From: Eledone cirrhosa
Taxonomy: Eukaryota
Reading direction: 5' to 3'
Length of the DNA: 64,000 nt
NCBI GenBank assembly: GCA_964016885.1
Contig: OZ024743.1
Coordinates: 368,404,001-368,468,000 of the forward strand
Made by a program: the position numbers and the translations under genes. The notes beneath the pieces were generated by a model. That model did not search any database, was not told the DNA's origin, and was given only the letters and a program-made list of their open reading frames with translations. Numbering within the stretch: position 1 is the stretch's first letter; every line of letters starts with the position of its first letter. Positions 28,722-41,061 of this stretch are shown here, one piece after another.

Positions 28722-29040
28722 GAATGGTTAAGAAGTTTGCTTTGCAATTCTAAGATTCTGAGTTTAGTCCTGCTGAATAACATCTTTTACTATAGCCTTA
28801 GGTTGAACCAAACCTTTTGAGTGAGATTGAGTAGATGGAAACTCTTTGGCAGCCTGTCAGATAGCCTGTGCCTGTAATCCAAAGGGCTGACCTTGTCTTC
28901 CACTGTCTACTTTTAAAACTCTTCAAGAATTACTTTAATGGCACATGTGCCTGTGACCCAATGACTTAAATATTAATGTAATGAGTAGGCTGTTCCATTA
29001 ACCAAACAACTGCAACACTCATTGTCAAAACCATTCATCC
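28722..29040 (+). mobile_element. Decayed tRNA-derived SINE of a third family
   Basis: tggttaagaagtttgctttgcaa..ctgagtttagtcc..tcttttactatagcc..gatggaaact resembles an abundant octopus SINE (recognition from memory). Confidence 0.5.
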
Positions 29041-29683
29041 TAATATAGGAACTTTGATGTTAAACATTTGTGCTAAAAAAGATATTTTATTATTCAAGTA
29101 AAATATATTTAAATATTCAAGTTTGGAGTACTTTCACTCAGTAACATTGTTCTACTGCTGGTTATATATCTATGAATTATTTTTTCCTCCATATAGAGTG
29201 TGATGTTTGTTTGTTTTTGTTGTTTTTATCCATTTCAAAATATTGATGTTCCAGTGTAGTGCTAGTTTAAAAATAAATCTCCTTCATAAAATAATAAGAA
29301 ATATATTTGAATCAAGATAGGTTTTGGCATACAGAATCATGTATTAAATATTTGTCTTCCATGAAAATAAGATTAGAAAAGATTCTTTATATGAGATTTT
29401 TGTGATGCTTCTTAATATACATTGATTACTTATTTCTCCTCTGTGTACATCGTCAAACCACTGTTGTCTACAGTTGAATGAATCATTTTTGTAATATGGA
29501 CTAAATATTTTACTTTATATGCATTTTGTTAGGAAAGCTAATGGAGATTTTTTTCTTTTAATTTTACTTTTCTTTTAAAAAGCTAGTGTATATACATTAT
29601 TTACAGGCAAAGGCAAGAGTCTATGTCTCCGTTAATGTATCGTGATATATATAACTGTGTGAGGTTGGATTTTATTAAGTTGT

Positions 29684-30908
29684 CTCAGGTTTTTCTGGGT
29701 CTGCCTACTCCGTAGCTACCGTCTATTTTGATCGCCCTGCACTTTTTCATACAGCTGTCATCTTTCATGCGCATCATGTAACCATACCAACGTAGTCTTC
29801 TCTCGAGTAAACAACATCTGATCCCTCTTGTTCCTAATTTCTCCCTTAGTTCATTTATGCTTTGCTGTTCGCGTATATTACTATTACACATCCAACGGAG
29901 CATGTAAGCTTCGTTCCTCTCTAGTCTTCGTAGATCCTCTGCTCACAAGGCCCATGTCTCACTGCCATGTAACATTGCTGTTTGTATGCAGGCATCATAC
30001 AGCCTGCTTTTTATTTTTAGAGAGAACCCTTTAGCAGCCAATAGTGGTATAAGCTCTGAACTTTTTCCATCCCGTTCGGACTCTAGCTACAGTACTTTCG
30101 GAGCACCCTCCACCACTGCTGATTTTGTCACCCAGGTAACGGAAGGTGTCCACTATTTCTATAGAACTATCTGTGCAATGGAATGAGCTAGTATTCTGTG
30201 GGCATTTGCTGCTACTTATTGCACCAGAGCACCGGCCACAAAATCTATATTCTTAGTTAGCTTACCTGCGATCCCACTACATCATTTATGCACCCATACT
30301 TTGCATTTCGGACATAAAATGGAGTTTCTACCTACTCTTTTCCTACACACTGAGCATGGCCATTTCCCAGATGGGACCAGTGCCCTATTCTCCTTCCTAC
30401 ATATTAGGACTTTAGTCTTAGACAGGTTAATTTTAAGGCCTTTTGATTCTAGGCCGTGCTTCGATGTTTGGAATTTCTTCTCTAGTTCAGCCATTGATTT
30501 GGCTATGAGTGTTAGATTATCTGCGTATAGGAGTTCCCATTGGCAGCCAGTCTTGAACTCCTCCGTTATAGCTTGGAGGGCGATAATAAATAGGAGGGGG
30601 CTAAGGACGGAGCCCTGATGAACACCAACTTTTATGCTAAATTCTTCACTATATTCGTTGTTAATTCTAACCTTGCTGACTGTTTCTTTATACATGGCTT
30701 GTATAGCTCTCACAAGCCATTCATCTACACCTAGTTTTCTAAGAGCCCACTATATAATGGAGCGGGGGACTCTGTCAAAGGCTTTCTCCAGGTCTATAAA
30801 ATCTAAGTAGAGGGGTTTACTTTTAGCTAGGCACTTCTCCTGTAGTTTTCGTACAATGAAAAGAGCGTCTGTGGCACTTTTACCTGACACAAACCCAAAC
30901 TGCATTTC
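29684..30908 (-). mobile_element. RTE LINE RT fragment
   Basis: ORFs 30282-30713 (GVHQGSVLSPLLF, LLYADN, KWPCSVC) and 29685-29903. Confidence 0.9.
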
Positions 30909-30915
30909 ATATATG

Positions 30916-30950
<35 letters not shown>

Positions 30951-31020
30951 GTATATATTAATGTGTGTATATATATATGTATATATATATATCTACATGT
31001 ATATGTATATATATATGTAT

Positions 31021-31364
31021 ATCATCATTCATCATCATTTCGTTTTAAGTCCGCTTTTTCCCTGCTTGCAAGGGTGGGACGGGAACTGATTCTGGCTTGA
31101 TTTCTACAGCTGGATGCCCTTCCTAACACCAACCTCATTTACAGTGAGTGCTGAGTGCTTTTTTGTCGTGGCACCTCCACGACCACTTTGCAGTGGAATG
31201 ATATGGACCCCAGTCCCTATCATCTCATTTCTACAGCTGAGTAAACTGGAGCAATGTGAAATAAAGTGTCTTGCTCAAGGAAACAACACATCACCCGGTC
31301 TGAGAATTGAACTCACAACCTTTCGATTGCCAGGCCAATGCTCGAACCACTAAGCCATGTGCCT
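31021..31364 (-). mobile_element. CORE-like SINE copy
   Basis: Near-identical to 22186-22521. Confidence 0.85.
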
Positions 31365-31432
31365 ACATATATATATATCTATATGTATATATATATGTAT
31401 ATATATATCTATATGTATATATATATATGTAT

Positions 31433-31468
<36 letters not shown>

Positions 31469-31469
31469 G

Positions 31470-31502
<33 letters not shown>

Positions 31503-31551
31503 GTATATATATATATGTATGTGTATGTATGTATATGTATGTATATATATG

Positions 31552-31616
<65 letters not shown>

Positions 31617-31617
31617 G

Positions 31618-31678
<61 letters not shown>

Positions 31679-31721
31679 GTATGTATATGTATGTATGTAT
31701 ATGTATGTATATATATGTATG

Positions 31722-31754
<33 letters not shown>

Positions 31755-32333
31755 GTATATATATATATGTATATATATGTACGTATATATATATATGTAT
31801 CATCATCATCATCATTTCAGTATATATATATATGTATACATGGCTTAGTGGTTAGAGCAATCGAAAGGTTGAGTTCAATTCTCAGACCGGGTGATGTGTT
31901 GTTTCCTTGAGCAAGACACTTTATTTCACATTGCTCCAGTTTACTCAGCTGTAGAAATGAGATGATAGGGACTGGGATCCATATCATTCCACTGCAAAGT
32001 GGTCGTGCCGGTGCCACGGCAAAAAAGCACCCAGCACTCACTGTAAATGAGGTTGGTGTTAGGAAGGGCATCCAGCTGTAGAAATCAAGCCAGAATCAGT
32101 TCCCGTCCCACCCTTGCAAGCAGGGAAAAAGCGGACGTGAAATGAAATGATGATGATGATATATATATATGTATATATGTGTATATATATATATATGTGT
32201 GTATATGTATATATGTGTATATGTATATATATATATGTATATATATATGTATATATATATGTATATATATATGTATATATATATGTATATATGTGTATAT
32301 ATATATATATATATATGTGTATATATATATATA

Positions 32334-32392
<59 letters not shown>

Positions 32393-32703
32393 GTGTATAT
32401 ATATATATATATATGTGTATATATATATATATAAATATGTGTATATGTATATATATATATGTGTATATGTATATGTATATATGTATGTGTATATGTATGT
32501 ATGTGTATATGTATATATATATGTATACCTATATATGTATATATATATATGTATATATATGTATATATATATATGTATATATATATGTATATATATGTAT
32601 ATATATATGTATATATATGTATATATATATATGTATATATATGTATATATATGTATATATATATATGTATATATATGTATATATATATATATGTATATAT
32701 ATG

Positions 32704-32754
<51 letters not shown>

Positions 32755-32985
32755 GTATATATATGTATATGTATATATATGTATATATATATATATGTAT
32801 ATATATGTATATGTATATATATGTATATATATATATATGTATATATATATATGTATATATATATTTGTATATATGTATATATATATATGTGTGTGTGTGT
32901 ATATATATGTGTGTGTATATATATATATATATATATGTGTTTGTGTATATATATACGTACATATATATATGTGTATATATATATT
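31365..32985. repeat. Long (TA)n/(TATG)n tracts with a SINE embedded at 31838-32160
   Basis: Direct reading. Confidence 0.95.
31838..32160 (+). mobile_element. CORE-like SINE copy with small deletions in the head
   Basis: Same family as 53403-53740. Confidence 0.85.
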
Positions 32986-33421
32986 AGGTATAGGATTATC
33001 CAAGATGTAGTGATGGTTAATTACTACACTGGATATGGTTGACGTACGGTAAGAGGTTACTCTACGAGTTATGGAAGAATTGTTCAAGAAACTTAGTTCC
33101 TGATCCTTCAGTATTCCGGAGTGTATATAAAGAATGAATAATAACAGGTAGACATCATAAAAAGGTAATTTATTCCGTGTGCTTACAAGTGTTTCCACGG
33201 TGGTACTGCAGCCTAGTTCCGCTACGTGCAAATTCACAAGTATTTGCAGAACTCGAATATCCAATGCTGTGACCACTGTTTCCTCAGAGCAGAATGGTAA
33301 ATGTACAATGTAAAAACCCTTAAGTGGGGTTGTTGGGGAAGATAGAGTGGAACAGGAAGAGAGAAAAGTAGGGAAGAAGGAGAGAGAAGGAAAGATATGC
33401 AGGGGTTGGAGAAATATATAT

Positions 33422-35060
33422 GTCATCATCATCATTATCACCGTTTTATGTCTGTTCATCCATGCTAGCATGGGTTAGACGGGTTGTCCTGGTGTGGGTA
33501 GTGTCTGGTCGGCTGACCATGCCTTGCTCATACAGGAACTGATTTTGGCTTTCTACAGCTGGATGCCCTTCCTAACACCAACCTCATTTACAGTGAGTGC
33601 TGGGTGTTTTCTTCGTGGTGCCTACATGTTTAGCACTTTACAGTGTGGGCTGGGTGTCTTTTTGCCATGGCACCGCCACGACCACTTTGCAGTGGGAGGG
33701 TGTGGGGGCATATTGTCTATATGCTTTAGCTTGTACCCATGGGAGGTCGGGAACTCTGTATTACTGCATGACGCCAGAGGTCTCGGTCGCCTTTGAGAGG
33801 TGTAATTGGGTATGGTCGGCTTTTATCACCCCATCTCAGGTCTTCTTGGGTCTCCCCATCCGCGGTTTCCATTGACTTCTAGTGCTCTGCACTTTTTATG
33901 CAGCTGTCATTCTTCATACGCATCACATGTCCATACCAACGCAAGCACCTCTCCTGCATACAGCATTTGATTCCTCTTATGCTCAGTCTCTCTCTCAATT
34001 CATTTATGCTTTTTCGTTCACGTATATTACTATTACACATCCATCGGAGCATGCAGGCTTCGTTTCTTTCTAATCTACGTAAGTCTTCCACCTTCAGCGC
34101 CCAGGTCTCACTACCATGCAACATTGCTGTTCGGATACATGCATCATACAGTCTGCCTTTCATTTTGAGTGAGAAGCCTTTTGCTGCTAGCAGTGGCAGT
34201 AGTTCCCTGAACTTCTTCCATCCCGTTCTTACCCTAGTTATTTTACTTTCTGAACACCCACCTCCCGTTCTTACCCTAGTTATTTTACTTTCTGAACACC
34301 CACCTCCGCTGCTAATTCGGTCACCTAGGTAGCAGAAGCTGTCTACAGAGCCCTCCCAGAGATTGGTGGTACTTGTTTCCTGTGGCTGTTTGCTGCTTGC
34401 TGTCCCAGCACAGCTGCTACATGTGAAGCCTACATTCTTGATTAAGCTTCCTGAGATCCTGCTACATCTCTTGTGTACCCATTGTTTGCATTTGAGGCAG
34501 AGAATGCAGTTCCTACCTACACCTTTCCTACATACTGAGCAAGGCCATTTCCCTGAGGGGATCTGTGTTCTGTTTTCTCGTCTACTTACAAGGACCTTAG
34601 TCTTTGTCATGTTGACTTTGAGACACTTTCTTTCTAGTCCCTGCTTCCAAGTTTGGAATTTCTTCTCTAGTTCTATCATAGATTCAGCTATAAGTGCAAG
34701 ATCATCTGCACGCAGGAGTTCCCATGGGCATCCGGTCTTAAACTCCTCCGTTATTGCCTGCAGGACTATGATGAACAGGAGAGGGCTAAGAACAGAGCCC
34801 TGGTGGACACCAACCTGTATGCTAAATTCCTCGCTATACTCATTTCTTATCCTAACTTTGCTGACTGTTCCCCTATACATGGCTTGTACAGCTTTCACAA
34901 GCCATTCATCTACTCCTAGTTTTCTAAGAGCCCACCAGATTACAGCACGTGGAACTCTGTCAAAGGCTTTCTCGAGATCGACGAATGCCAGGTAGAGAGG
35001 CTTACTTTTAGCTAGGTATTTTTCCTGTAACTGCCTCACAAGGAAGAGGGCATCAGTGGT
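33422..35060 (-). mobile_element. 5'-truncated RTE LINE with a 42-bp in-frame tandem duplication
   Basis: ORF 33879-35150: FVDLEKAFDRV, GVHQG, ADD, PHD-like finger, (GGGCSESKITRVRT)x2; (CAT)n tail. Confidence 0.9.
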
Positions 35061-35646
35061 ATATATATATATATATATGTATATATGTGTATATATATGT
35101 ATATATATATATGTATATATACATATATAGCAGGGGAATACCACCACCATATGAATATGCTAATACAGAAACCAGCACAAATAGATAATACAATGGATTG
35201 ACAGCTAATGCCACCCCACTCCCACAATTAAAAGAACTATTTCGGCCGTCGGCCTCTGCTTGACCGAACTTATTCCGCGTGCTCTGCTGAATACCTCAGA
35301 TATTCAAAACAACGAACAGCAGAGGACATATATCGCTCCTCTCCGACAGATAACCTCCCCCCTCCCGGAAAACCCCCCAGTTGATGGATTTGAATCCAAA
35401 ATATAGGGACAATTAAATCTCTCCCAAGGTAACTCTGTCTCGTGTTATTGTTTTTATTTTTTACGCGCTTTCCTACGTTCTACGCACTATACATCTCATT
35501 TTACATTCACTTACATCTCTCTCTTCACCACCGGATCGTCTTAACCGGAGAATTACGCATCTGCATTGTTGAGGCTTCCAAAACGACCAAAAGAAAATAT
35601 ATCTTATTATTCCACAATGCTTCAAGCAAACTTCAATACTCTCGTA

Positions 35647-37007
35647 TCATCATCATCATCAACGTTTAACGTCCGTGTTCCACGCTTGCATGGGTTTGGA
35701 CGGGGTATTTCCCACTTGAGGCAAGAGTGATTGTCTTGCTCGCATAGGACTGTCTGGCGGGTTTTCTACAGCTGGATGCCCTTCCTAACACCAACCACAT
35801 TTACAGTGTGGGGCTGGGAGGTTTTTACCGTGTTGCCTACATGGCCACATTACAGCGTGGACTGTGTGTTTTTTTGTCGTGACACCTACACGATCTCATT
35901 TGTTTCGGCCTGGATATTGTGGCACCAACATAACTTTACATTGAAAGGGGCGGTGTGGATGGGGTGGGGGTGGTGGGACGGGGGTGTATTTTGTTAGAGA
36001 TGCCTACTGACTGTAGTAGGTTTTACTTTGTATTTAGGTAAGGCGGGTCTTCTCTATTACTGAGTACTGCCAAAGGTCTCGGTCCAGTGACATTGTCTTG
36101 GAGAGGTGTAAGTGTGTGAGGTCGGAATTTATCAGCCAGCTCGTTCCAGGTTTTTCTGGGTCTGCCTACTCCGTGGCTACCGTCTATCTTTATTGCCCTG
36201 CACTTTGTTATACAGCTATCGTCTTTCATGCGCATCACGTGACCATACCAACGTAGCCTTCTCTCGAGTAAACAACATCTGATCCCTCTTATTTCTAATT
36301 TTTTCCTTAGTTCGTTTATGCTTTGCCGTTCACGTATATTACTATTACACTTCCAGCGGAGCATGCAAGCTTCATTCCTCTCTAGTCTGCTTATATCCTC
36401 TGCACACAATGCCCAGGTCTCACTGCCATGCAACATTGCTGTTCGCATGCAGGCATCATACAACCTGCCTTTCATTTTTAGGGAGAACCCTTTAGCGGCT
36501 AATAGTGGTATAAGCTCTCTGAACTTTTTCCATCCAGTTCTGACTCTAGCTACTGTACTTTCAGAGCACCCTCCCCCACTGCTGATTTTGTCGCCCAGGT
36601 AACGGAAGCTGTCCACTATTTCTATAGAACCCTCTGCGCAGTTGAAAGAGCTAGTATTTTGTGGGCACTTGTTGCTACTTATTGCACCAGAGCACCGGCC
36701 ACATGTAAAATCTATGTTCTTAGTTAGCTTACCTGTGATCCCACTACATCTTTTATGCACCCATACTTTGCATTTGGGACACAAAATGGAGTTTCTACCT
36801 ACGCCTTTCCTACACACTGAGCATGGCCACTTCCCGGAAGGGACCGCCGCCTTATTTTCTTTCTTACAAACTAGAACTTTAGTCTTAGCCAGGTTAATTT
36901 TAAGGCCTTTTGATTCTAGGCCGTGCTTCCATGTTTGGAATTTCTTGTCTAGCTCGGCCATTGATTCAGCTATGAGTGTTAGGTCGTCTGCGTATAGGAG
37001 TTCCCAT
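35647..37007 (-). mobile_element. 5'-truncated RTE LINE, best-preserved copy of the PHD-bearing family
   Basis: ORF 36023-37198 from WELLYADD to GRPRKTW; complete 3' UTR and (CAT)n tail. Confidence 0.9.
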
Positions 37008-37184
37008 GTATATATATATATATGTACATATATATATATATATGTATATATATGTACATATATATATATGTACATATATATATATGTACATATATATGTA
37101 CATATATATATATATATATGTACATATATATGTACATATATATATATGTATATATATATATGTACATATATATATATGTATATA

Positions 37185-37380
37185 ATATATAAGATCAAAA
37201 GATGGTTAAAGGAGTTCCATGTATTTTATTATGCGCATTTCAAAAACAAACATCATCATGCAATAATATTTGTGTTTTCATCAGATAAAACAGGAGAACA
37301 TGATATGAAGGCTAAAAAACACTTGTGGATAGTGCAGTTTTAAATCAACATGTCGTACTACAATAAAACTCACCTCCTAC
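37185..37380 (-). mobile_element. Hammerhead-bearing pseudo-LTR-like repeat (same family as 61738-62198)
   Basis: Near-identical to 61823-61990. 37354-37379 is an inverted copy of 61738-61762. Flanked by TA tracts. Confidence 0.7.
37223..37291 (-). ncRNA. Type I hammerhead ribozyme motif with palindromic stem III
   Basis: Minus strand: gttttat CTGATGA [long stem II aaacacaaatattatt/gatgatgtttgttttt] GAAA tgcgca TA ataaaat. Confidence 0.75.
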
Positions 37381-37739
37381 ATATATATATGTATATATAT
37401 ATGTACATATATATATATGTATATATATGTACATATATATACATGTATATATATATATATGTACATATATATATATGTATATATATGTACATATATATAC
37501 ATGTATATATATGTACATGTATATATATATGTACATATATATATATGTATATATATATGTACATATACATATATGTATATATATATGTATATATATATGT
37601 ACATATATATATATGTATATATATATGTACATATATGAAGAGGTTTGAAGAGGTTTACTGCTAGCGTAAACCTCTTCAAATGAAGTCGGTGTTTATTACG
37701 GTATGTCGAATCTATTTATCTATAAAACTGTTTATATTG

Positions 37740-37805
37740 TATTTTGTCTGATGAAGGCATAGCATATTGTTAATATGATATCCCCGAAATATATATAGTG
37801 AAATA
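37740..37805 (+). ncRNA. Degenerate minimal hammerhead motif
   Basis: tattttgt CTGATGA agg..catatt gtt aatatg..ccc GAAA tatata TA gtgaaata; stem I relies on three G-U pairs. Confidence 0.45.
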
Positions 37806-37935
37806 AATATGGTTTTATAAATATAGTTTTCCATTTATTTAATATTGTAAATATACTCCAAATATTTGTCGAGTGCTTTTATATCAGTTATAAATATTTA
37901 CTAGTTGTAACCCAACAATTTTAAATATAACTTTA

Positions 37936-37943
37936 CATGTATA

Positions 37944-37974
<31 letters not shown>

Positions 37975-38165
37975 GTATATATACATATATATGTGTATAT
38001 ATACATATATATATATGTATATACATATATATGTATATATATACATATATATGTATATATATACATATATGTGTATATATATGTATATACATATATATGT
38101 ATATATATACATATATGTGTATATATATGTGTATATATACATATATATGTATATACATATATATG

Positions 38166-38198
<33 letters not shown>

Positions 38199-38205
38199 CT
38201 GTGTT

Positions 38206-38236
<31 letters not shown>

Positions 38237-38320
38237 GTATATACATATATATATGTATATACATATATATATGTATATACATATATATATATGTATATAT
38301 ACATATATATATATATGTAA

Positions 38321-38359
<39 letters not shown>

Positions 38360-38505
38360 TATATGTATATATACATATATATATGTATATATACATATAT
38401 ATATGTATATATACATATTTATATATATATATATGTATATACATATATATATATATGTATATACATATATATATATATGTATATACATATATAATATATA
38501 TATAC

Positions 38506-38552
<47 letters not shown>

Positions 38553-38660
38553 TATATGTATATATACATATATATATGTATATACATATATATGTATATA
38601 TATACATATATATGTATATATATACATATATGTGTATATATATGTATATACATATATATG

Positions 38661-38691
<31 letters not shown>

Positions 38692-38912
38692 CTGTGTTTA
38701 TATATATATATACATATATATATATATGTATATACATATATATATGTATATACATATATATATGTATATACATATATATATATGTATATATACATATATA
38801 TATATATGTAAATACATATATATATATATATATAAATATATATACATATATATATGTATATATACATATATATATATGTATATATACATATATATATGTA
38901 TATATACATATT

Positions 38913-38946
<34 letters not shown>

Positions 38947-38976
38947 TGTATATACATATATATATATGTATATACA

Positions 38977-39009
<33 letters not shown>

Positions 39010-39066
39010 GTATATACATATATATATATATGTATATACATATATATATATATATATATAATATAC

Positions 39067-39099
<33 letters not shown>

Positions 39100-39202
39100 T
39101 ATACATATATACATATATATGTATATATATATATATATGTATATATATACATATATATATATAATAATATATGTATATATATACATATTACATATATATA
39201 TG

Positions 39203-39247
<45 letters not shown>

Positions 39248-39431
39248 CATATATATATATATATATATGTATGTATATACATATATATATATATATATGT
39301 ATATATACACATATATATGTATATATATGTATATATATACATATATATGTATATATATACATATATGTGTATATACATATATATGTATATAGATATATAT
39401 ATGTATATACATATATATATATATATATATA
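37936..39431. repeat. ~1.5 kb (TA)n/(TACA)n tract with a ~490 bp higher-order duplication
   Basis: Rare markers ctgtgttt at 38199 and 38692, gtaaatac at 38317 and 38808. Confidence 0.9.
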
Positions 39432-39710
39432 TTTCACCTCAATCGGCCCTGCTCTCTTCAACATCACACCAGGACACGTCAAAACAGAAACTGACCACAC
39501 AAAATTCAAGAAGTCTTTGGACAAATTCCTCCAAGTAATCCCGGACAAACCACCCACACCCGGATATGTCTCCGCAAACAGTAATTCTCTTCTCGAATGG
39601 GCCATGGTGCCCAAATCCTGAATTGAAAGACTTCGCCAGGTGGTGCTATTAAGTTAGACATGGCCTGGCCAATACTGGCCAAACATTTCAAAGTTATTCA
39701 AAGTCAAAGT
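39432..39710 (+). mobile_element. 3' fragment of a CR1/L2-group LINE
   Basis: C-terminus [35 protein letters not shown] followed by a short (caaagt)-type tail. Confidence 0.65.
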
Positions 39711-39844
39711 ATACATATATATATATATATATATATATGTACATACATATATATGTATATACATATATATATATATATATGTATATACATATATATATAT
39801 GTATATACATATATATATATATATACATATATATATGTATATAC

Positions 39845-39877
<33 letters not shown>

Positions 39878-39961
39878 TATATGTATATACATATATGTAT
39901 ATACATATATATATGTATATATACATATATATATATATGTATATACACATATGTATATACA

Positions 39962-40008
39962 TATTGCCCTGATGAGTCCTTAATAGGACGAAACATTGTC
40001 AGCTAATA
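39962..40008 (+). ncRNA. Minimal type I hammerhead ribozyme motif
   Basis: tattgcc CTGATGA gtcct taat aggac GAAA c att g TC agctaata; canonical core, G10.1-C11.1 pair and GUC site. Confidence 0.8.
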
Positions 40009-40051
40009 AAGACTTTTGATGTATTGAAGGCTTCTTTTTTTACTCTCTTAA

Positions 40052-40095
<44 letters not shown>

Positions 40096-40098
<3 letters not shown>

Positions 40099-41045
40099 CA
40101 AATCGTAATGGACCAAAATCGCTAAGGTGAAAAAAATACTAACTACAGACAATAGGGTTTGCTAGACTCAATTTAAGAATAAATTAAGAAAAGAATTTGG
40201 TATATCTCTTCACAAACAATATTGCGAAACCGTTCTCTCAAAGACTGCCTGGGTGATGGTAGTTACCACAATACTGGTTTTTATTTATTTTTCTTAATTT
40301 ATTCTTAAATTGAGTCTAGCAAACCCTATTGTCTGTAGTTAGTATTTTTTCACCTTGGCGATTTTGGTCCATTACGATTTGAACACACATATATATATAT
40401 ATATATATATCTGTGTTCATTTTTTCCTTTTTGTTCAGTTATATACGGTTCGGAAAAATCTTTTTCCTAGAGCTAATTTACTGTAATGAGACTATTTTGA
40501 GTTTCTAACTCAATACATGCTTTTGATATATTCGGCTCCGTTAATTCGTAGAACTATTTCAAATGTCGTGTAGACCCGGCTGCTATTTTCAGTGGCATAA
40601 GTATGCACAACATGCTAAGTTCGGGAACCATGTGCGTTATATATATACACACATTTTCCAGTTTTCTATTTGACTTAGAAGTGAGGAGGATACTAATTTC
40701 ATCAGCCACTGATGAGCCTGGAGTTTGGTATATCTCTTCACAAATAATATTGCGAAACGGTTCTATCAAAGACCGTCTGGGTGATGGTAGTTACCACAAT
40801 ACTGGTTTGTATTTATTTTTCTTAATTTATTCTTAAATTGAGTCTAGCAAACCATATTGTCTATAGTTAGTATTTTTTTCACCTTAGCGATTTTGGTCCA
40901 TTACGATTTGAACGATATATATATATGTCTGTGTTCGTTTTTCCTTTTTGTTCAGTTATATACGGCTCTGAAAAATTTTTTTCCTAGAGCTAATTTAATG
41001 TAATGAGACTATTTGAGTTTCTAACTCAATACATGCTTTTGATAT
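40096..41045 (+). mobile_element. Non-autonomous Penelope-type/retrozyme-like element (inverted arm plus ~528 bp partial tandem)
   Basis: 40096-40192 is the reverse complement of 40288-40384. 40196-40530 repeats at 40724-41045. Contains a hammerhead; TA flanks. Confidence 0.75.
40700..40786 (+). ncRNA. Type I hammerhead ribozyme motif with stable stem III
   Basis: catcagcca CTGATGA gc..gc GAAA cggt(t)ct atcaa agaccg TC tgggtgatg; stem I has 8 of 9 pairs; GUC site. Confidence 0.8.
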
Positions 41046-41061
41046 ATATATATATATATAT

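Noticed and set aside
35235-35262. Minus-strand ggcc-gac-ggccGAAA hairpin resembling hammerhead stem II
   Set aside because: The upstream core is not CUGANGA and there is no stem I.
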